Source: an uncultured delta proteobacterium
GTDB lineage: Bacteria > Myxococcota_A > Polyangia > Palsa-1104
Assembly: GCA_963785725.1 (NCBI GenBank)
Contig: CAWAWS010000047.1
Coordinates: forward strand, 131,883-195,882
Length of the DNA stretch: 64,000 nucleotides
Direction of reading: 5' to 3'
The position numbers and the translations under genes are program-made. Below, one piece after another: positions 1 through 10,711 of the stretch. Below the pieces are notes generated by a model. The model was not told where the DNA came from, searched no databases, and saw only the letters and a list, made by a program, of their open reading frames with translations. Within the stretch, counting starts at the first letter, position 1; every line of letters begins with the position of its first letter.

Positions 1-785
1 AACGCGGCCGCGAGCGTGATCATGCCGGCGTCGCGAACGATGGCAACGGGCGCGCGCTTCTGTCCTTCGAGGAGCAGCATCGTCTTGTCGAACGCGGCCT
101 TGGCGTGCACGGCGGCGTCGACGAAGACGGCTTTGCCGCGCGGTTCGAACAGCGCGGCGAGGCGCGTCGTTTCGGTGGCGATGCGATCGAAGTCGGCGGC
201 GGCTTCGGCGATCTCGCGGCCGATCGCCTTGTCCTTCGATCCATCGACGAGCCAGCGCACGATGCGATGCTTGAGCCCCTCGTCGCGAAAATGCGCGCGC
301 ATGGCTTTGTCGATGAGCGCGCCGGTCGGCCCGGGCTCGCCGATGCGCGTGTCGACGGCGCGTGCGTCGTCATCGGCGCCGACGTAGGGCTCGACGCCGC
401 CGAGGATCCATTTGACCGCCGAATACAGACCGTCGAGATCGACATGGGCGACCAGCGTGTCGATGGGGCCGGCTTCGCGCACGACGTCAGGCGTGACCAT
501 TTCGGGACAGGCGCCGTGCTGAGCTTTGGTCGCGAGCGTAAACCGGCGATCGTTTTTGAATTCGATGTGGCGATCGTGATCGTGATGATCGACCCACGCC
601 GCGAGCCGTCCACCGAGCTCGCGGATGAACGCGCCGGTCGTCTCATCGAAAGGCGTGCCCATGCCGTCAGCGGCGAAGGCGATGTCGACGACGGCCACGC
701 GACCGCGCAGCTTGCGTGCGTCGGGCAAATGACGCGGCGTCGTAAACACGACCTCGGGTAGCGTCGTCGGAGCGCGCGTCGTCAT
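1..785 (-). CDS. Conserved hypothetical protein with DHH-like motif (possible DHH phosphoesterase fold); runs off the left edge
   Basis: Not in ORF track. Manual translation from ATG at 785: MTTRAPTTLPEVVFTTPRHLPDARKLRGRVAVVDIAFAADG...AAWVDHHDHDRH...HVDLDGLYSA; open to position 1. The + strand ORFs here are antisense shadows. Confidence 0.7.
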   Translation of the reverse strand, partial: MTTRAPTTLPEVVFTTPRHLPDARKLRGRVAVVDIAFAADGMGTPFDETTGAFIRELGGRLAAWVDHHDHDRHIEFKNDRRFTLATKAQHGACPEMVTPDVVREAGPIDTLVAHVDLDGLYSAVKWILGGVEPYVGADDDARAVDTRIGEPGPTGALIDKAMRAHFRDEGLKHRIVRWLVDGSKDKAIGREIAEAAADFDRIATETTRLAALFEPRGKAVFVDAAVHAKAAFDKTMLLLEGQKRAPVAIVRDAGMITLAAA

Positions 786-1046
786 CCGCGTACTCTAGGG
801 ACGTCGCGTCGATAGCGCAAGGAGCTCACGCGACGGCGATCGCGCGCGGCGAGCTTGTGCGCGGCAACCGTGCACGACGTGAGCGACCGGCGAGACAGAA
901 AAGCGGGATTGAATCGATCACTCGGCGCGAACCTGCGCCCACGCAAGCTCATCGCGGCGACGAGCTGCGCCGCTGCGGACCATGTCGGAATCGCGCGTGA
1001 GTGGACGCAAGTCACACACGTCGATCGCAGCGAATGATCGCGTGAG

Positions 1047-1709
1047 TCAGCGGCGACGATGGCGGGCAGCGACACGATGTTTGCCGGCTGCGTGTGTGCG
1101 AGCTGAAGCGACCGGATGCGGCGCGGAAGACTTCGCGACTGTCGAGGTCGCTGCGGCCGCGGGCGGCGGCGTCACCGCGGCCAATAAGACGGGCGCGGTA
1201 GCGCTCTGCGCGACGGCAATCATCGCGGCAGGCGCAGATGCCGCGCGGCCGCCGAGCAATGACACGAGGCACAGGACGATGACCGCAGCGGCAGCGCCAC
1301 CGAGCAGCGTCAGCTTCGCGCCTTCCGATAACGACTTCCTCTTGAGGATGAACGCGGCGCTGTCGGCGGCGGACAACGTAGGCAGCGATGAGGCGGATGG
1401 AATCGAGGCGGCCCACGCCGCGCTCGGAATCGCTGGCGGACGCAGGACAGATTTGGGGATTGATGGCGGCAACAGGGCGGACTTGGGAATCGGCGGCAGC
1501 AGCGCGGATTTCGGAATCGGTGGCGGCGAGCCGCGCCGCGAACGCGCCGGCGTCTCGACGATGAACCAACGGTCGGTCGCTTCCGGCTTCGGACGCCACG
1601 GCGCACCGCCGAGCTCCTCGCAGGCGCGATCGTACGTCGGCAACTGCGGCCCGACGAGCTGATCGCGACACCATCGGCCAACCTGCGACAGAACGCTGGA
1701 CATCGACAA
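1047..1709 (-). CDS. Hypothetical single-pass membrane protein with Pro-rich repeats
   Basis: 220-aa ORF with PPIPKSALL-type repeats, one hydrophobic helix (LLGGAAAAVIVLCLVSLLG) and an Ala/Pro-rich tail. Confidence 0.55.
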   Translation of the reverse strand: MSMSSVLSQVGRWCRDQLVGPQLPTYDRACEELGGAPWRPKPEATDRWFIVETPARSRRGSPPPIPKSALLPPIPKSALLPPSIPKSVLRPPAIPSAAWAASIPSASSLPTLSAADSAAFILKRKSLSEGAKLTLLGGAAAAVIVLCLVSLLGGRAASAPAAMIAVAQSATAPVLLAAVTPPPAAAATSTVAKSSAPHPVASARTHAAGKHRVAARHRRR

Positions 1710-1928
1710 CGCCTCCCTCGCCGCCCGTCACAGCAAGCGCCGAGCCAGTCCCACCGCACTGAACCCTGCGAAATCACGCGATAGAAGCGCAAGCGGCAAC
1801 GGAACGCCCGGGGGCGGCGGCCCCAGCGAGCAACGCCGATTGCACCTTCTCAGACGCAGCGGCGATCGTGAGCCATGCGGCGGGATTTTTGGACGGCGTC
1901 GCGGCGAGCCTTCATAATGTAGGCGGTT

Positions 1929-2957
1929 ATGCCTGCTCGCCTCTCTTGCTCACTTGCACTGTTCGCGCTCGTTGGCACCGCGCACGCCGCGTCGGCCGAA
2001 CCGGCCGCGATGCAGCCGTTGGACGCGGGCACGGGCTTCCGTCTCGAAGGGCGACCGGCGATCGACGACGTCTTCGGCGACGCGTCCGACTATCGGCGCA
2101 CGGTCGATCGCTTCCTCGAGCTGACCGCGCAGATGCAGGCCATGCGCGACGAATTCGCGCGCTCGGTGCAGCTCGCGCTGAACGAACTGGGCACGCGCGG
2201 CGCCGACAAGCGAACCTCGCGACGGCGCGGCTGTCCGGTCGACACCGTCGCTGCGCCTTATGCGCGCGCGCACCATCTCGGCGGCGAATATCTGCGCGTC
2301 GGACGCGAGCTGACGCGTCATTACGAGCAGGTCAAAGAGTTCGACCGGCTCGGTGAGTCGATCGGGCTGACACCGGACTATCGTTGGAAAGTGAAGCGGG
2401 TGCTTCAGCAATATTCGGCGCTGCTGACCGACTACCGCGAGATGAAGCTGGCGTTCCACGATCAGTTGGTCGACGAGCTGCAATACGCGAGCTGTGATCT
2501 GCAGGCGCTCTTGATCAAGGGCGATCCGCAGGGCAAAGCGGTCGGGGACGACTCGTGGCCGCAGCCGGGACAGCCGGGCGCGCCGGGAGTGCAGATTGCG
2601 AAGGCAGAGCCGCCGCGCGAGACGATGCCGGCGAATTTACCGGCCGAGAAGTTGCCGCCGCCACAGCCGATCGTGATTCCGAAGCGTACGGCGCCGGCGG
2701 ATCCGACGGTCGAGCAGCCGCGCTCGGGCGTGCTGTTTTATGTCGACAACACGCGCTGCCAGCGCGGCGCGACGGTGTTCATCGACGGCAAGAAGCTCGG
2801 CGAAGTGCCGGCGGCGACGCGCGTCGGATTCCAGACGGCGCCCGGTCCGCACGATCTCTGTTTGCTCGACGGCACCAAGAAGGAGTGCGGCGCGCCCGGG
2901 ACCGTGCGCCGATCGTATTTGCACGAAGGCTGGACCATCTCGCTCCGCTGCGAGTAA
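1929..2957 (+). CDS. Secreted hypothetical protein, helical N-terminus and PEGA-like C-terminal domain
   Basis: Signal peptide ending in AHA; C-terminal GATVFIDGKKLGEVP...PGPHDL resembles PEGA. Confidence 0.7.
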   Translation: MPARLSCSLALFALVGTAHAASAEPAAMQPLDAGTGFRLEGRPAIDDVFGDASDYRRTVDRFLELTAQMQAMRDEFARSVQLALNELGTRGADKRTSRRRGCPVDTVAAPYARAHHLGGEYLRVGRELTRHYEQVKEFDRLGESIGLTPDYRWKVKRVLQQYSALLTDYREMKLAFHDQLVDELQYASCDLQALLIKGDPQGKAVGDDSWPQPGQPGAPGVQIAKAEPPRETMPANLPAEKLPPPQPIVIPKRTAPADPTVEQPRSGVLFYVDNTRCQRGATVFIDGKKLGEVPAATRVGFQTAPGPHDLCLLDGTKKECGAPGTVRRSYLHEGWTISLRCE

Positions 2958-3188
2958 TCAGCGCCGACGCCGAACCGAAGCCTGCGTTCGGGTGACGAGC
3001 TTCGCCGCGAACGTTCACCATCGAGAACGGGCCGAGCTTACCTTCGCGCGAGATCTTTCGCGCGGCCAAGAGTCGCCGGAAATAAAGCGCAGGCGCACGT
3101 TCTTACGACCGCGCTGCGAATCGTCAGCGCCGGACTATCGCGCGCGTGTTCGTCGGGCCGGCTTGCATCGAACGCGAACCGTGCGAGC

Positions 3189-5135
3189 TCAGCGGCGCAT
3201 ACGATAGGACTTCGACTCGATCGTCGACAACACGGACTTGGCGCGCCGGCGCAACGTCGGCGTCGTGCCCGACTTCACCGCGCGCTTCAACGCCGGCACC
3301 GCGCCCTTGCCGACGTAATCGAGGAGCAGGCGGCGCGCGCGCGGATAGGTCCCGCGATCGGCGAGCGCGTGCACGCTGTTGCCGACGAGCGGCTCCGCCT
3401 TGCGCGCGCGACCATCGAGCGCGATCGCGAAGCGATATTCGCGCATGGCGTCGGTCCACCACTTGCGCTCGAAGTAGAGATCGCCGATGAGCGCGGCAAT
3501 CTCACTGCTCTTCGACGCCGAGGGTGTCGGACGCGAACGGCGCAGCCGATACAGTCCCGCCAGCGCACCATCGGTGTCACCGCGACGAACCAGCGCACGC
3601 GCGTCACCGATGTTGCGGATCGCGGGCGCATCGTGAGTCGGCGCCACCGGCTCGGGCGGCGTCCGATCGTCTTCATTCGATCCGTCAGTGGCCTTCGTCA
3701 GCGGCGGATCGGTGTCATCGTCACCCTCGGTGCTGGCCACGGCCGGACCGCTCTTCTCGGCGGCTTTTGCCACCAATGCCGCGGTCTTGTCTCCGTTTGC
3801 GCCGGGCGATTCGGCGGCGGCCTTGTCGCCCGTTTTCGCCGAATCCGCAGCTTTGTCGTCCGTTGCCGGCGGCGTCGTGGGCGCGGATTTGGCGACCGCA
3901 GCTTTGTCGGCAGTCGCCGGCGCAGCGGGCGCGGTGGCAGCGTCGGGCATCGTGGGCGCCGCCGGCGTCGTCTCGCCATTCTCGGCGGCCGCGTGGCTCG
4001 GTTCGGGCGTGACCGGCGGGCCGTTCGTGGGCTCGACCGGCGCGACATGCGTTCGCGGATGGATCCAATCGCCGAGCGGCGAATAAGCGATCGCCACCAC
4101 CGCCACCGCCGATCCGACGAGCGCGCCGACCGCGATCCACAGCGGCGACACACGCGTGCTTCGGCGCACGCGGCCACGCGCGGACGGCGCTTCGGCGCGC
4201 GTGCTGTCGGCACCATTTTGCACCGACGGGAGACGCGGCGAGCTCGCGCTCAGCGCGCTGGTGTCGACTTTGATCTTGGCTTCGGCGGTGCCTTCGAGCG
4301 CCACCATCATGTCGCGCGCAGTCTGATAGCGCTTACTCGGATCACGCTGCATCGCGCGCTCGATGATGCCTTCGAGCTGCTTGGAAATGCCGACGCCCGG
4401 CTGCAGTGCCCGCGGCGATCGCGGCGTCTCTTCGCGATGGCGGCGCAGAATCGAACGCACGTCATCACCTTCGAACGCCTTCGAGCCCGTCACGAGGTGA
4501 TAGAGCAACGCGCCGGTGCAATAGATGTCGGAGCGGCGATCGCTGGGAACGCCGGCGGCCTGCTCGGGCGACATATAGCCGGGCGTGCCGATGGCGATGC
4601 CTTCGACGGTGACGTCGCGCTTGTCTTCGCCGGGCCACGCGAGCTTGGCCAAGCCGAAGTCGAGGATCTTCACGAAGTCGCCGCTGTAGCCTTCGGTCTC
4701 GACGATCATGATGTTCGCGGGCTTTAGATCGCGGTGCAAAATGCCGCGTTCGTGCGCGTGCTCGAGACCGGCCAAGATCTGACGCACGATCGCCACTGCC
4801 CGCTCGGGACGAACGGCGCCGTGATCGAGCAGATCAGCGAGCGTCTTGCCCTCGACATATTCCATGACGAGATACGGCGATCCGTCATCGATGCCGAAAT
4901 CGACGAGCGCGACGCAGTGGGGATGATTCAGACGTGCCGTCGCGCGCGCTTCACGCTCGAAGCGATCGACGATGCCCGGCTTGTCGTGGAGGATGGCGTG
5001 CAGGAACTTGACGACGACCGGACGACCGATGCCGACGCGCTCGGCTTTGTAGACGACGCCCATGCCGCCTTCCGCCAACATGGACTGCAGCCGGTAGCGA
5101 CCTTGCAGCACCTTGCCTTCGCGCGGGTCCGACAT
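3189..5135 (-). CDS. Membrane-anchored Hanks-type Ser/Thr protein kinase with TPR-like C-terminus
   Basis: GGMGVVY, HRDLKPAN, DFGLAK and GTPGYMSPE motifs; one TM helix; low-complexity linker. Confidence 0.95.
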   Translation of the reverse strand: MSDPREGKVLQGRYRLQSMLAEGGMGVVYKAERVGIGRPVVVKFLHAILHDKPGIVDRFEREARATARLNHPHCVALVDFGIDDGSPYLVMEYVEGKTLADLLDHGAVRPERAVAIVRQILAGLEHAHERGILHRDLKPANIMIVETEGYSGDFVKILDFGLAKLAWPGEDKRDVTVEGIAIGTPGYMSPEQAAGVPSDRRSDIYCTGALLYHLVTGSKAFEGDDVRSILRRHREETPRSPRALQPGVGISKQLEGIIERAMQRDPSKRYQTARDMMVALEGTAEAKIKVDTSALSASSPRLPSVQNGADSTRAEAPSARGRVRRSTRVSPLWIAVGALVGSAVAVVAIAYSPLGDWIHPRTHVAPVEPTNGPPVTPEPSHAAAENGETTPAAPTMPDAATAPAAPATADKAAVAKSAPTTPPATDDKAADSAKTGDKAAAESPGANGDKTAALVAKAAEKSGPAVASTEGDDDTDPPLTKATDGSNEDDRTPPEPVAPTHDAPAIRNIGDARALVRRGDTDGALAGLYRLRRSRPTPSASKSSEIAALIGDLYFERKWWTDAMREYRFAIALDGRARKAEPLVGNSVHALADRGTYPRARRLLLDYVGKGAVPALKRAVKSGTTPTLRRRAKSVLSTIESKSYRMRR

Positions 5136-5141
5136 GTCTTT

Positions 5142-5810
5142 TCAGACTGAAGTGTAACCGAGATAGACGCAGTGCGCGCGTCCTCCGCGACCCGCGCGTT
5201 TCTTGTGCACGGTGAAGCCGGCGCGCGCCAACCGATGCTCGAACGGCGCATCCGGCTCCTCGGACCAAACCGCCAGCACGCCGCCTGGGGTCAACGCAGT
5301 ATGAGCCGCGGTCAGAGCGCGCGATCCGTAGAGCGGATCCTCGCCTCGTTGGGTCGCTTGGTGCGGACCTTCGTAGAGATCGAGCAGGATGGCGTCGAAC
5401 GATCCCGGTGCGGCCTTGGCGATGAAGCGGGACACGTCGTCGATGACGACCTTCACGCGCGGATCGGCCACGGCGCCATCAGTCAGCGCCGCTAGCGGAC
5501 CACGGCACCACGCGGCGACATCGGGGTTGAGCTCGACGACTGTCACTTTGCTCGTGTGCGGCAACAGATCGAGCGCCGCGCGCAACGTGTAGCCCATGCC
5601 CAGCCCACCGACGACGACCGAGCGCAGCTTGGGCGGCTTTTGGTCGCGCAGCGGCAACGTCGCCAACGCCTCTTCGCTGCGACGCGCTTGCGACGTCATG
5701 AGCACGCGCCCGGCGATTGTTATGAGGAAATCGAGCTCGCCTCGCTGACGGAGCTCGAGCGCGCCTTCGGAGGTTGTGACGCGTGCGATCGTTTGCCACG
5801 GACGGGTCAT
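5142..5810 (-). CDS. Spermidine-synthase-like SAM-dependent methyltransferase
   Basis: VVVGGLGMGYTLRAAL, VELNPDV and FDAILLDLYEGP motifs; start taken at MTRPW. Confidence 0.85.
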   Translation of the reverse strand: MTRPWQTIARVTTSEGALELRQRGELDFLITIAGRVLMTSQARRSEEALATLPLRDQKPPKLRSVVVGGLGMGYTLRAALDLLPHTSKVTVVELNPDVAAWCRGPLAALTDGAVADPRVKVVIDDVSRFIAKAAPGSFDAILLDLYEGPHQATQRGEDPLYGSRALTAAHTALTPGGVLAVWSEEPDAPFEHRLARAGFTVHKKRAGRGGRAHCVYLGYTSV

Positions 5811-5851
5811 GCTTGACGGGATCACGATAGCCTAATACGTTTCCAAGCGAC

Positions 5852-6550
5852 ATGAGCGAGCGGGATCGCGGCGATCGGCCGAAGAAGTCGTGGCGGGAAA
5901 TGGACGCCGCGCGCGATCGCGCCGGTCCGCGTCCGCCACGTGACAAGAACGATCGCCCGAGTCAGGGCTCGAACAGCAGCAGCAGCGGCGGAATGGACGC
6001 GCGCGCGTCCAAGTCGTACCGCGCCGCGCTCGACGCGCTCTTCGCCAAAGGCGAAGTCGGCAAGCTGGCGGAGAAGCTGTCAGGAGCGCCCGGAGCGGCG
6101 CGCGTCGATCCGGTCGATGTGGTGCACGGCCGCGAACAAAAGCGTGAATCGCCGCTCGATAACGCGCGATCGTCGGGCTCGTCGAGCGAGCGCGAAGCGC
6201 CGAGCACGCCGCGCGCGGCCGCGCCACCGCCCGAGCCGGTCAAAGAGGACGGGCGCGCGCCGCTGCGCAAGAAGGTCTTGGAAGCGCTCGGCCGCGACGA
6301 GATCACGCGCGCCGTCGATCGCTACGTCAAGAGCCACGGCTGGCCGAACGACTTCGAAATCTTGGAGCAGGCGCTCGAGCACACCAAAGACGAGCGTCAG
6401 GCCGAAGCGATGGACCAGCTCGACAAGCTGCTGTCGAAAGAGAAGCCGAAGCGTTCGCGCTCGCTCGCAGGCAAGCTGCGCTTCATCGAAGAGACGACGG
6501 ACTCGCCCGATCTGCGCGATCAAGCCGCTCGTATTCGCGCCAAGCTGTAG
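5852..6550 (+). CDS. Hypothetical protein
   Basis: 232-aa ORF with coding-like composition, N-terminal KKSWREMDAARD and helical C-terminus. Confidence 0.75.
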   Translation: MSERDRGDRPKKSWREMDAARDRAGPRPPRDKNDRPSQGSNSSSSGGMDARASKSYRAALDALFAKGEVGKLAEKLSGAPGAARVDPVDVVHGREQKRESPLDNARSSGSSSEREAPSTPRAAAPPPEPVKEDGRAPLRKKVLEALGRDEITRAVDRYVKSHGWPNDFEILEQALEHTKDERQAEAMDQLDKLLSKEKPKRSRSLAGKLRFIEETTDSPDLRDQAARIRAKL

Positions 6551-6680
6551 CCGTTCCGCACGCCTCGTTCACAACCCGAACGTCACCAAATTCCGCCGCG
6601 TTCGCGCGAGTGTGGAGCTTGCGCGCAGAGCGCGACGATCCGCGCGCGCGAACGGCGAGGCGCGCGCTCGCGCGCCCCAT

Positions 6681-7988
6681 TCACAGCTTGTATTTCTTGA
6701 CTTTCTCGTACAGCGTTGACGGAGAAATACCGAGCTGTTTCGCGGCCTTGGTCTTATTGCCGCCACATTGCTCGAGCGTCTGCTGAATGGCGTTCTTCTC
6801 GATGCTCTCGAGCGTCTTGCCGGCGAGCGGCAGCTTCTCCATCGTCGGATCGCGGCGCCGCGGCTTGAAGAACATGAGGTGACGCGGCTCGATTTGATCG
6901 CTGTCGCAGACCGCGGCCGCGCTCTCGATGACGTTGCGCAGCTCGCGGACGTTGCCGGGCCAGTCGTACGTCTCGAGGATGCGCATCGTCTCGGGCGAGA
7001 TGCCGACCGACTTGCCCAACGACACGAGCACGGTCTCGACGAGCACCGGCAGATCTTCGACGCGATGACGCAGCGCCGGCACTTGCACGGTGACGACCGA
7101 TAGACGGAAGAACAGATCCTGACGGAAGGTGCCGTCTTTGACCTTCTGCTCGAGGTTGCGGTGCGTGGCCGCGATGATGCGGACGTCGATCGGAATTTCC
7201 TTCTGACCGCCGACGGCTTTGACGCGACGTTGCTCGAGCGCGCGCAACAGCTTCGGCTGCAGCTCGATCGACAGCTCGCCGATTTCGTCCATGAACAGCG
7301 TGCCGCCGTTGGCGCGCTCGAAGGCGCCTTCGCGGTTGGCGTCAGCGCCGGTGAACGCGCCTTTGACGTGGCCGAACAGCTCCGACTCGATCAAGTTGGG
7401 CGCAACGGCGGCGCAATCGAAGACGACGAACGGGCCTTTGCCGCGCCCGGACGCTTTGTGAATCGCGCGCGCCATGACGTCTTTGCCGCTGCCGGTCTCG
7501 CCGCCGATGAGCACGGTCAAGTCGGTGGCGGCGATGCGCTCGAGCACGCCGAAGACTTCGCGCATGCGCACCGAGCGGCCGACGACATCGCCGAACGAGT
7601 GGCGCGGGCTGACGGCGATCTCTTCGGCGCGACCGTCGTCGGCCAAGAAGCGAATGCGCGTCTCGCCCACCGTGATCGTCGCGCCCGAGTGCAACAGGCC
7701 CTCTTTGATCGCGACGTCGCCGACGCGCGTGCCGTTGAGCGAGCCCAGATCGCGCAAGAGCCAACCTTCGTCGGTCTTGCGCAGCTCTGCATGGAAGCGG
7801 GAGGCGTGCTGATCTTCGATCACCACGTCATTGGACGAGCCGGCGCCGATGCGAACATGCGGCACGCCCAAGACGAGGCTCTTCTCCGGTCCGCCATTAC
7901 CGGGGATCACGATCAAGCGGGCTGTATGGTAGGCCGCCGGGTCGCGCGTCTTGATCGCGATAGTCGACGGACGCGAGTCGCGGGTCAC
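6681..7988 (-). CDS. FHA-domain sigma54-dependent transcriptional activator (Fis-type HTH)
   Basis: N-terminal FHA (IGAGSSND...ASRFHA...DLGSLNGT), Walker [15 protein letters not shown], Walker B FMDEIGE, C-terminal HTH. Confidence 0.95.
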   Translation of the reverse strand: MTRDSRPSTIAIKTRDPAAYHTARLIVIPGNGGPEKSLVLGVPHVRIGAGSSNDVVIEDQHASRFHAELRKTDEGWLLRDLGSLNGTRVGDVAIKEGLLHSGATITVGETRIRFLADDGRAEEIAVSPRHSFGDVVGRSVRMREVFGVLERIAATDLTVLIGGETGSGKDVMARAIHKASGRGKGPFVVFDCAAVAPNLIESELFGHVKGAFTGADANREGAFERANGGTLFMDEIGELSIELQPKLLRALEQRRVKAVGGQKEIPIDVRIIAATHRNLEQKVKDGTFRQDLFFRLSVVTVQVPALRHRVEDLPVLVETVLVSLGKSVGISPETMRILETYDWPGNVRELRNVIESAAAVCDSDQIEPRHLMFFKPRRRDPTMEKLPLAGKTLESIEKNAIQQTLEQCGGNKTKAAKQLGISPSTLYEKVKKYKL

Positions 7989-8141
7989 TTTCCCAATACT
8001 AGCACGACACCATGGGGCTTTCCGATCCCTAGGCTTTTCGGACCCGGTCTCCGGTTTCCGGAGGGTTCGCGCCCAATCGTGACGCTCCGTGACATTACGG
8101 ATTCGGCTATGATTCTCGGCATCTTTCGTCGATTTAGCGAT

Positions 8142-8158
8142 TCGGCATGGAGCGTGCT
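8142..8158 (+). promoter_or_regulatory. Putative sigma54 (-24/-12) promoter
   Basis: TCGGCATGGAGCGTGCT = GG-N10-GC, about 35 nt upstream of the ATG at 8193 and divergent from a sigma54 activator. Confidence 0.6.
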
Positions 8159-8192
8159 CTAGAAGCCAACATCGCCGCCGAGGAGCCGAGAG

Positions 8193-8897
8193 ATGATTCC
8201 CCTATTTACGATTGCGCTGGCCATGATCTCGAACGTTACCGACTTGGCGCACATGTTCGTCAACGAGAAGGTTCAAGAGCAGCCGGCCGGCCTCACGTTC
8301 TACTTCGAGAACCGTCATGAGGAAGCGACCTTTGCGCTGCTCGACGAGCAGGGCGCGGCGCAGCCGGACGTGGTGAAAGAGTTTTCGCATTTCGTTCGCT
8401 GCTGGCGAACTGGCCGCGAAAAAATGATCCACGAGCGCACGATCGAGATCGTCAGCGCCATCGCGCAGCATTTCCAGGTCGCGCGCATCGACGTGGTCAG
8501 CGGTTACCGCGCGCGTCCGTACGGCGCGCCGCACTCGAAGCACTTCCTCGGCCGCGCGATGGACATCCATGTCCCGGGCGTCAAGGCGAAGGAAGTGGCG
8601 AACTGGGTGTGGACGAACTTCCGTCACGTCGGTGTCGGCTACTACCCGAAGCAGGAGTTCGTGCACGTCGACAGCCGCGACATGGACGTCCGTTGGGTGG
8701 ACACGTCGAAGCATGGCGAGAGCGCGCACGCCAAGTACACGGGCCGCATGCCCGGCGACGAGCTGCCGGAGAGCGCGCCGCGTCTGGCGTACGACATGCC
8801 GAAGTCGACGGCGCACAAAGTCGACGGCGACATGGAATTGGCGGCGCTGCAGACGATCTTGTCGGGCACGTTCGACCCGCTCTCGAACACGAACTAA
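8193..8897 (+). CDS. YcbK/DUF882 family (peptidase M15) peptidoglycan endopeptidase
   Basis: VVSGYR, HSKHFLGRAMDI and GVGYYPKQEFVHVDSR motifs; RBS GAGGAG. Confidence 0.9.
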   Translation: MIPLFTIALAMISNVTDLAHMFVNEKVQEQPAGLTFYFENRHEEATFALLDEQGAAQPDVVKEFSHFVRCWRTGREKMIHERTIEIVSAIAQHFQVARIDVVSGYRARPYGAPHSKHFLGRAMDIHVPGVKAKEVANWVWTNFRHVGVGYYPKQEFVHVDSRDMDVRWVDTSKHGESAHAKYTGRMPGDELPESAPRLAYDMPKSTAHKVDGDMELAALQTILSGTFDPLSNTN

Positions 8898-9211
8898 GCG
8901 CGCCCGCTTCGCGCACCGCCCTGCCCGCTCGTCACTTCCATCTCACCGCAAGCCTCATCGCAACTAGCAACAAGCCAAACCTCGGTTGCGACCAAACGTC
9001 GCCTCATCGACACGCTTCGAACCGAGTCACTGATGCGGCGACTCGGTTCGAAGCGCACGTCGAAACGAGCGCGATGGCTGCGACTGCAACTGGTCCGCCG
9101 TCGATGACGACATGAGTCGACTGAGGTTCGCCTGCGCACCCTGGCGCAACGTCGCAGATGCGCGTGGATTGCGTCATTCATCGGTACTTCGGAAGTACGC
9201 GCGAGCCTGCG

Positions 9212-10711
9212 TCAGTTGGCGGGCGGGAACTGGGTCGTGCACGGGATGGCGTCGGTGACGTCGATGGGCGTGCGCGTCCACCAGGCGCCGGTCGCGCGAC
9301 GCTCGCTCGCGCTCGTGAATCGATAGTGCCAGTAGGCGATGCGCACGGCGCGTGCGTGCGACGACAGGCGTGCGCGGAAGAGCGGCTGCACGGCCGCGGG
9401 ATCGCGACACAAGCGTTCGACGAGCGCGTCGACATAAGCGGGCGCGCCGGAGCGATAGCCGAGACCGTAGAACCAGAGCTGGAAATCGACGCGGGGCTGA
9501 TGCGGCGCCACGAAATCGGGGCGGCGCCGCGGATCGCCGGCTTTGTGCCAGAGATCGCGCGCTTGCCAATGCTCGTCGTCGTCGGTCGTCTGGAATTCGG
9601 GCTCGATGCGCGCCGTCGTGATGTGGCCGAAGAGGTGGTACGTGTTGATGATGCGCCACGGTTCGTAGCGGCGTTGTAGCGGCGCGATGATCGCGTCGGC
9701 CCGATCGGAGCTCGCGAAGCTGACGATCGCGTCGGCGGTCGAGATCGTGACGAACGCCGCGAGCAGCGCGAGGCTGGCGTACCTGCGCAGGCGTGGATGT
9801 CGCGGCGGAGCGGCCACGGGCACTATGCGTGGCGGGCGATGCAGACGCGCGCGCAGCCAATTTCCCGCGCGCAAAATGTCGGTGTCATCGAGCAGGAAGA
9901 CGTGGAGCGCGGTCGCCAAGTAGCAGAAGAAGCCGTAGTTGGCGGTGGCGGCGTTGACGAGCTGGAAGCCGGTCAAGATGGCGGCGCACGCGAGACGAAC
10001 GCGCCGCGCGCCCACGAAGATGAAGAGCGGAACGCCGAGCTCGAACGCGAGCGTCGCCCAGCTCTCGAGCGCGTGCCACCACGCGGGCAGATGGTGCGCG
10101 TACCACGCGAGCGCGGTCGGCAGCGGCGCGGTCTCGAAGTAGTGCGTCATGGCCGTGCCGTCTTGCCAATCGTGAAGGTGCGACTGCCATTTGGCGACGC
10201 CCGATTCCCAGTAGAGCTTGAAGAGGATGAGGCGAAAGAGCGTGTGAATGATCGGCGCCGAACGATCGCGCGACAAGAAGATGGCGAAGAAGCCGCATTC
10301 GAGGAGCAGTGAATCCCATTGGAAGCTGCAGAACGTGCGCGCGGCGGTGACGAAGCTGAGATAGAGCGCGACTTGAACGGCGGCGATCGTGCGCGGCATG
10401 CGACCGGCGAGCGCGACGAGCGACAGGACCACGCCGAGGATGACGCCGAGCGTGAGCGTGGTGTCGCTCGCGTTGATCCACATTAATGTCGGGAAGTCGC
10501 CGAGCGAGAGCTGGCTGCGCGCGTGCTCGAGGAAGGGCGCGATCGGCAAGAGACCGCGCGCCCCGATGAGCACGTGGACTTGGGCGCCGAGTGACAGCCA
10601 GGCGTCGAGGAAGACGAGCGCGAGCAGGCGATGGAACAGGCGCGCGACCAGCGGGCCGCTGTGATCGCGGGGACGGAGCGCGTCGAACACACGCGACATG
10701 CGGGAGATCAT
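9212..10711 (-). CDS. Lipase maturation factor (LMF1) family membrane protein
   Basis: FQWDSLLLECGF, ESGVAK, HYFETAPLPT, TANYGFF and APHQPRVDFQLWF motifs. The true start overlaps the UDG stop (ATGA); the 767-aa track ORF is over-extended. Confidence 0.9.
   Translation of the reverse strand: MISRMSRVFDALRPRDHSGPLVARLFHRLLALVFLDAWLSLGAQVHVLIGARGLLPIAPFLEHARSQLSLGDFPTLMWINASDTTLTLGVILGVVLSLVALAGRMPRTIAAVQVALYLSFVTAARTFCSFQWDSLLLECGFFAIFLSRDRSAPIIHTLFRLILFKLYWESGVAKWQSHLHDWQDGTAMTHYFETAPLPTALAWYAHHLPAWWHALESWATLAFELGVPLFIFVGARRVRLACAAILTGFQLVNAATANYGFFCYLATALHVFLLDDTDILRAGNWLRARLHRPPRIVPVAAPPRHPRLRRYASLALLAAFVTISTADAIVSFASSDRADAIIAPLQRRYEPWRIINTYHLFGHITTARIEPEFQTTDDDEHWQARDLWHKAGDPRRRPDFVAPHQPRVDFQLWFYGLGYRSGAPAYVDALVERLCRDPAAVQPLFRARLSSHARAVRIAYWHYRFTSASERRATGAWWTRTPIDVTDAIPCTTQFPPAN

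Noticed and set aside
2960..3190. Structured ncRNA or REP elements in GC-rich intergenic gaps (also 790-1045 and 8900-9170)
   Set aside because: Only generic CG-rich self-complementarity; no recurring unit or recognisable RNA family could be supported by eye.
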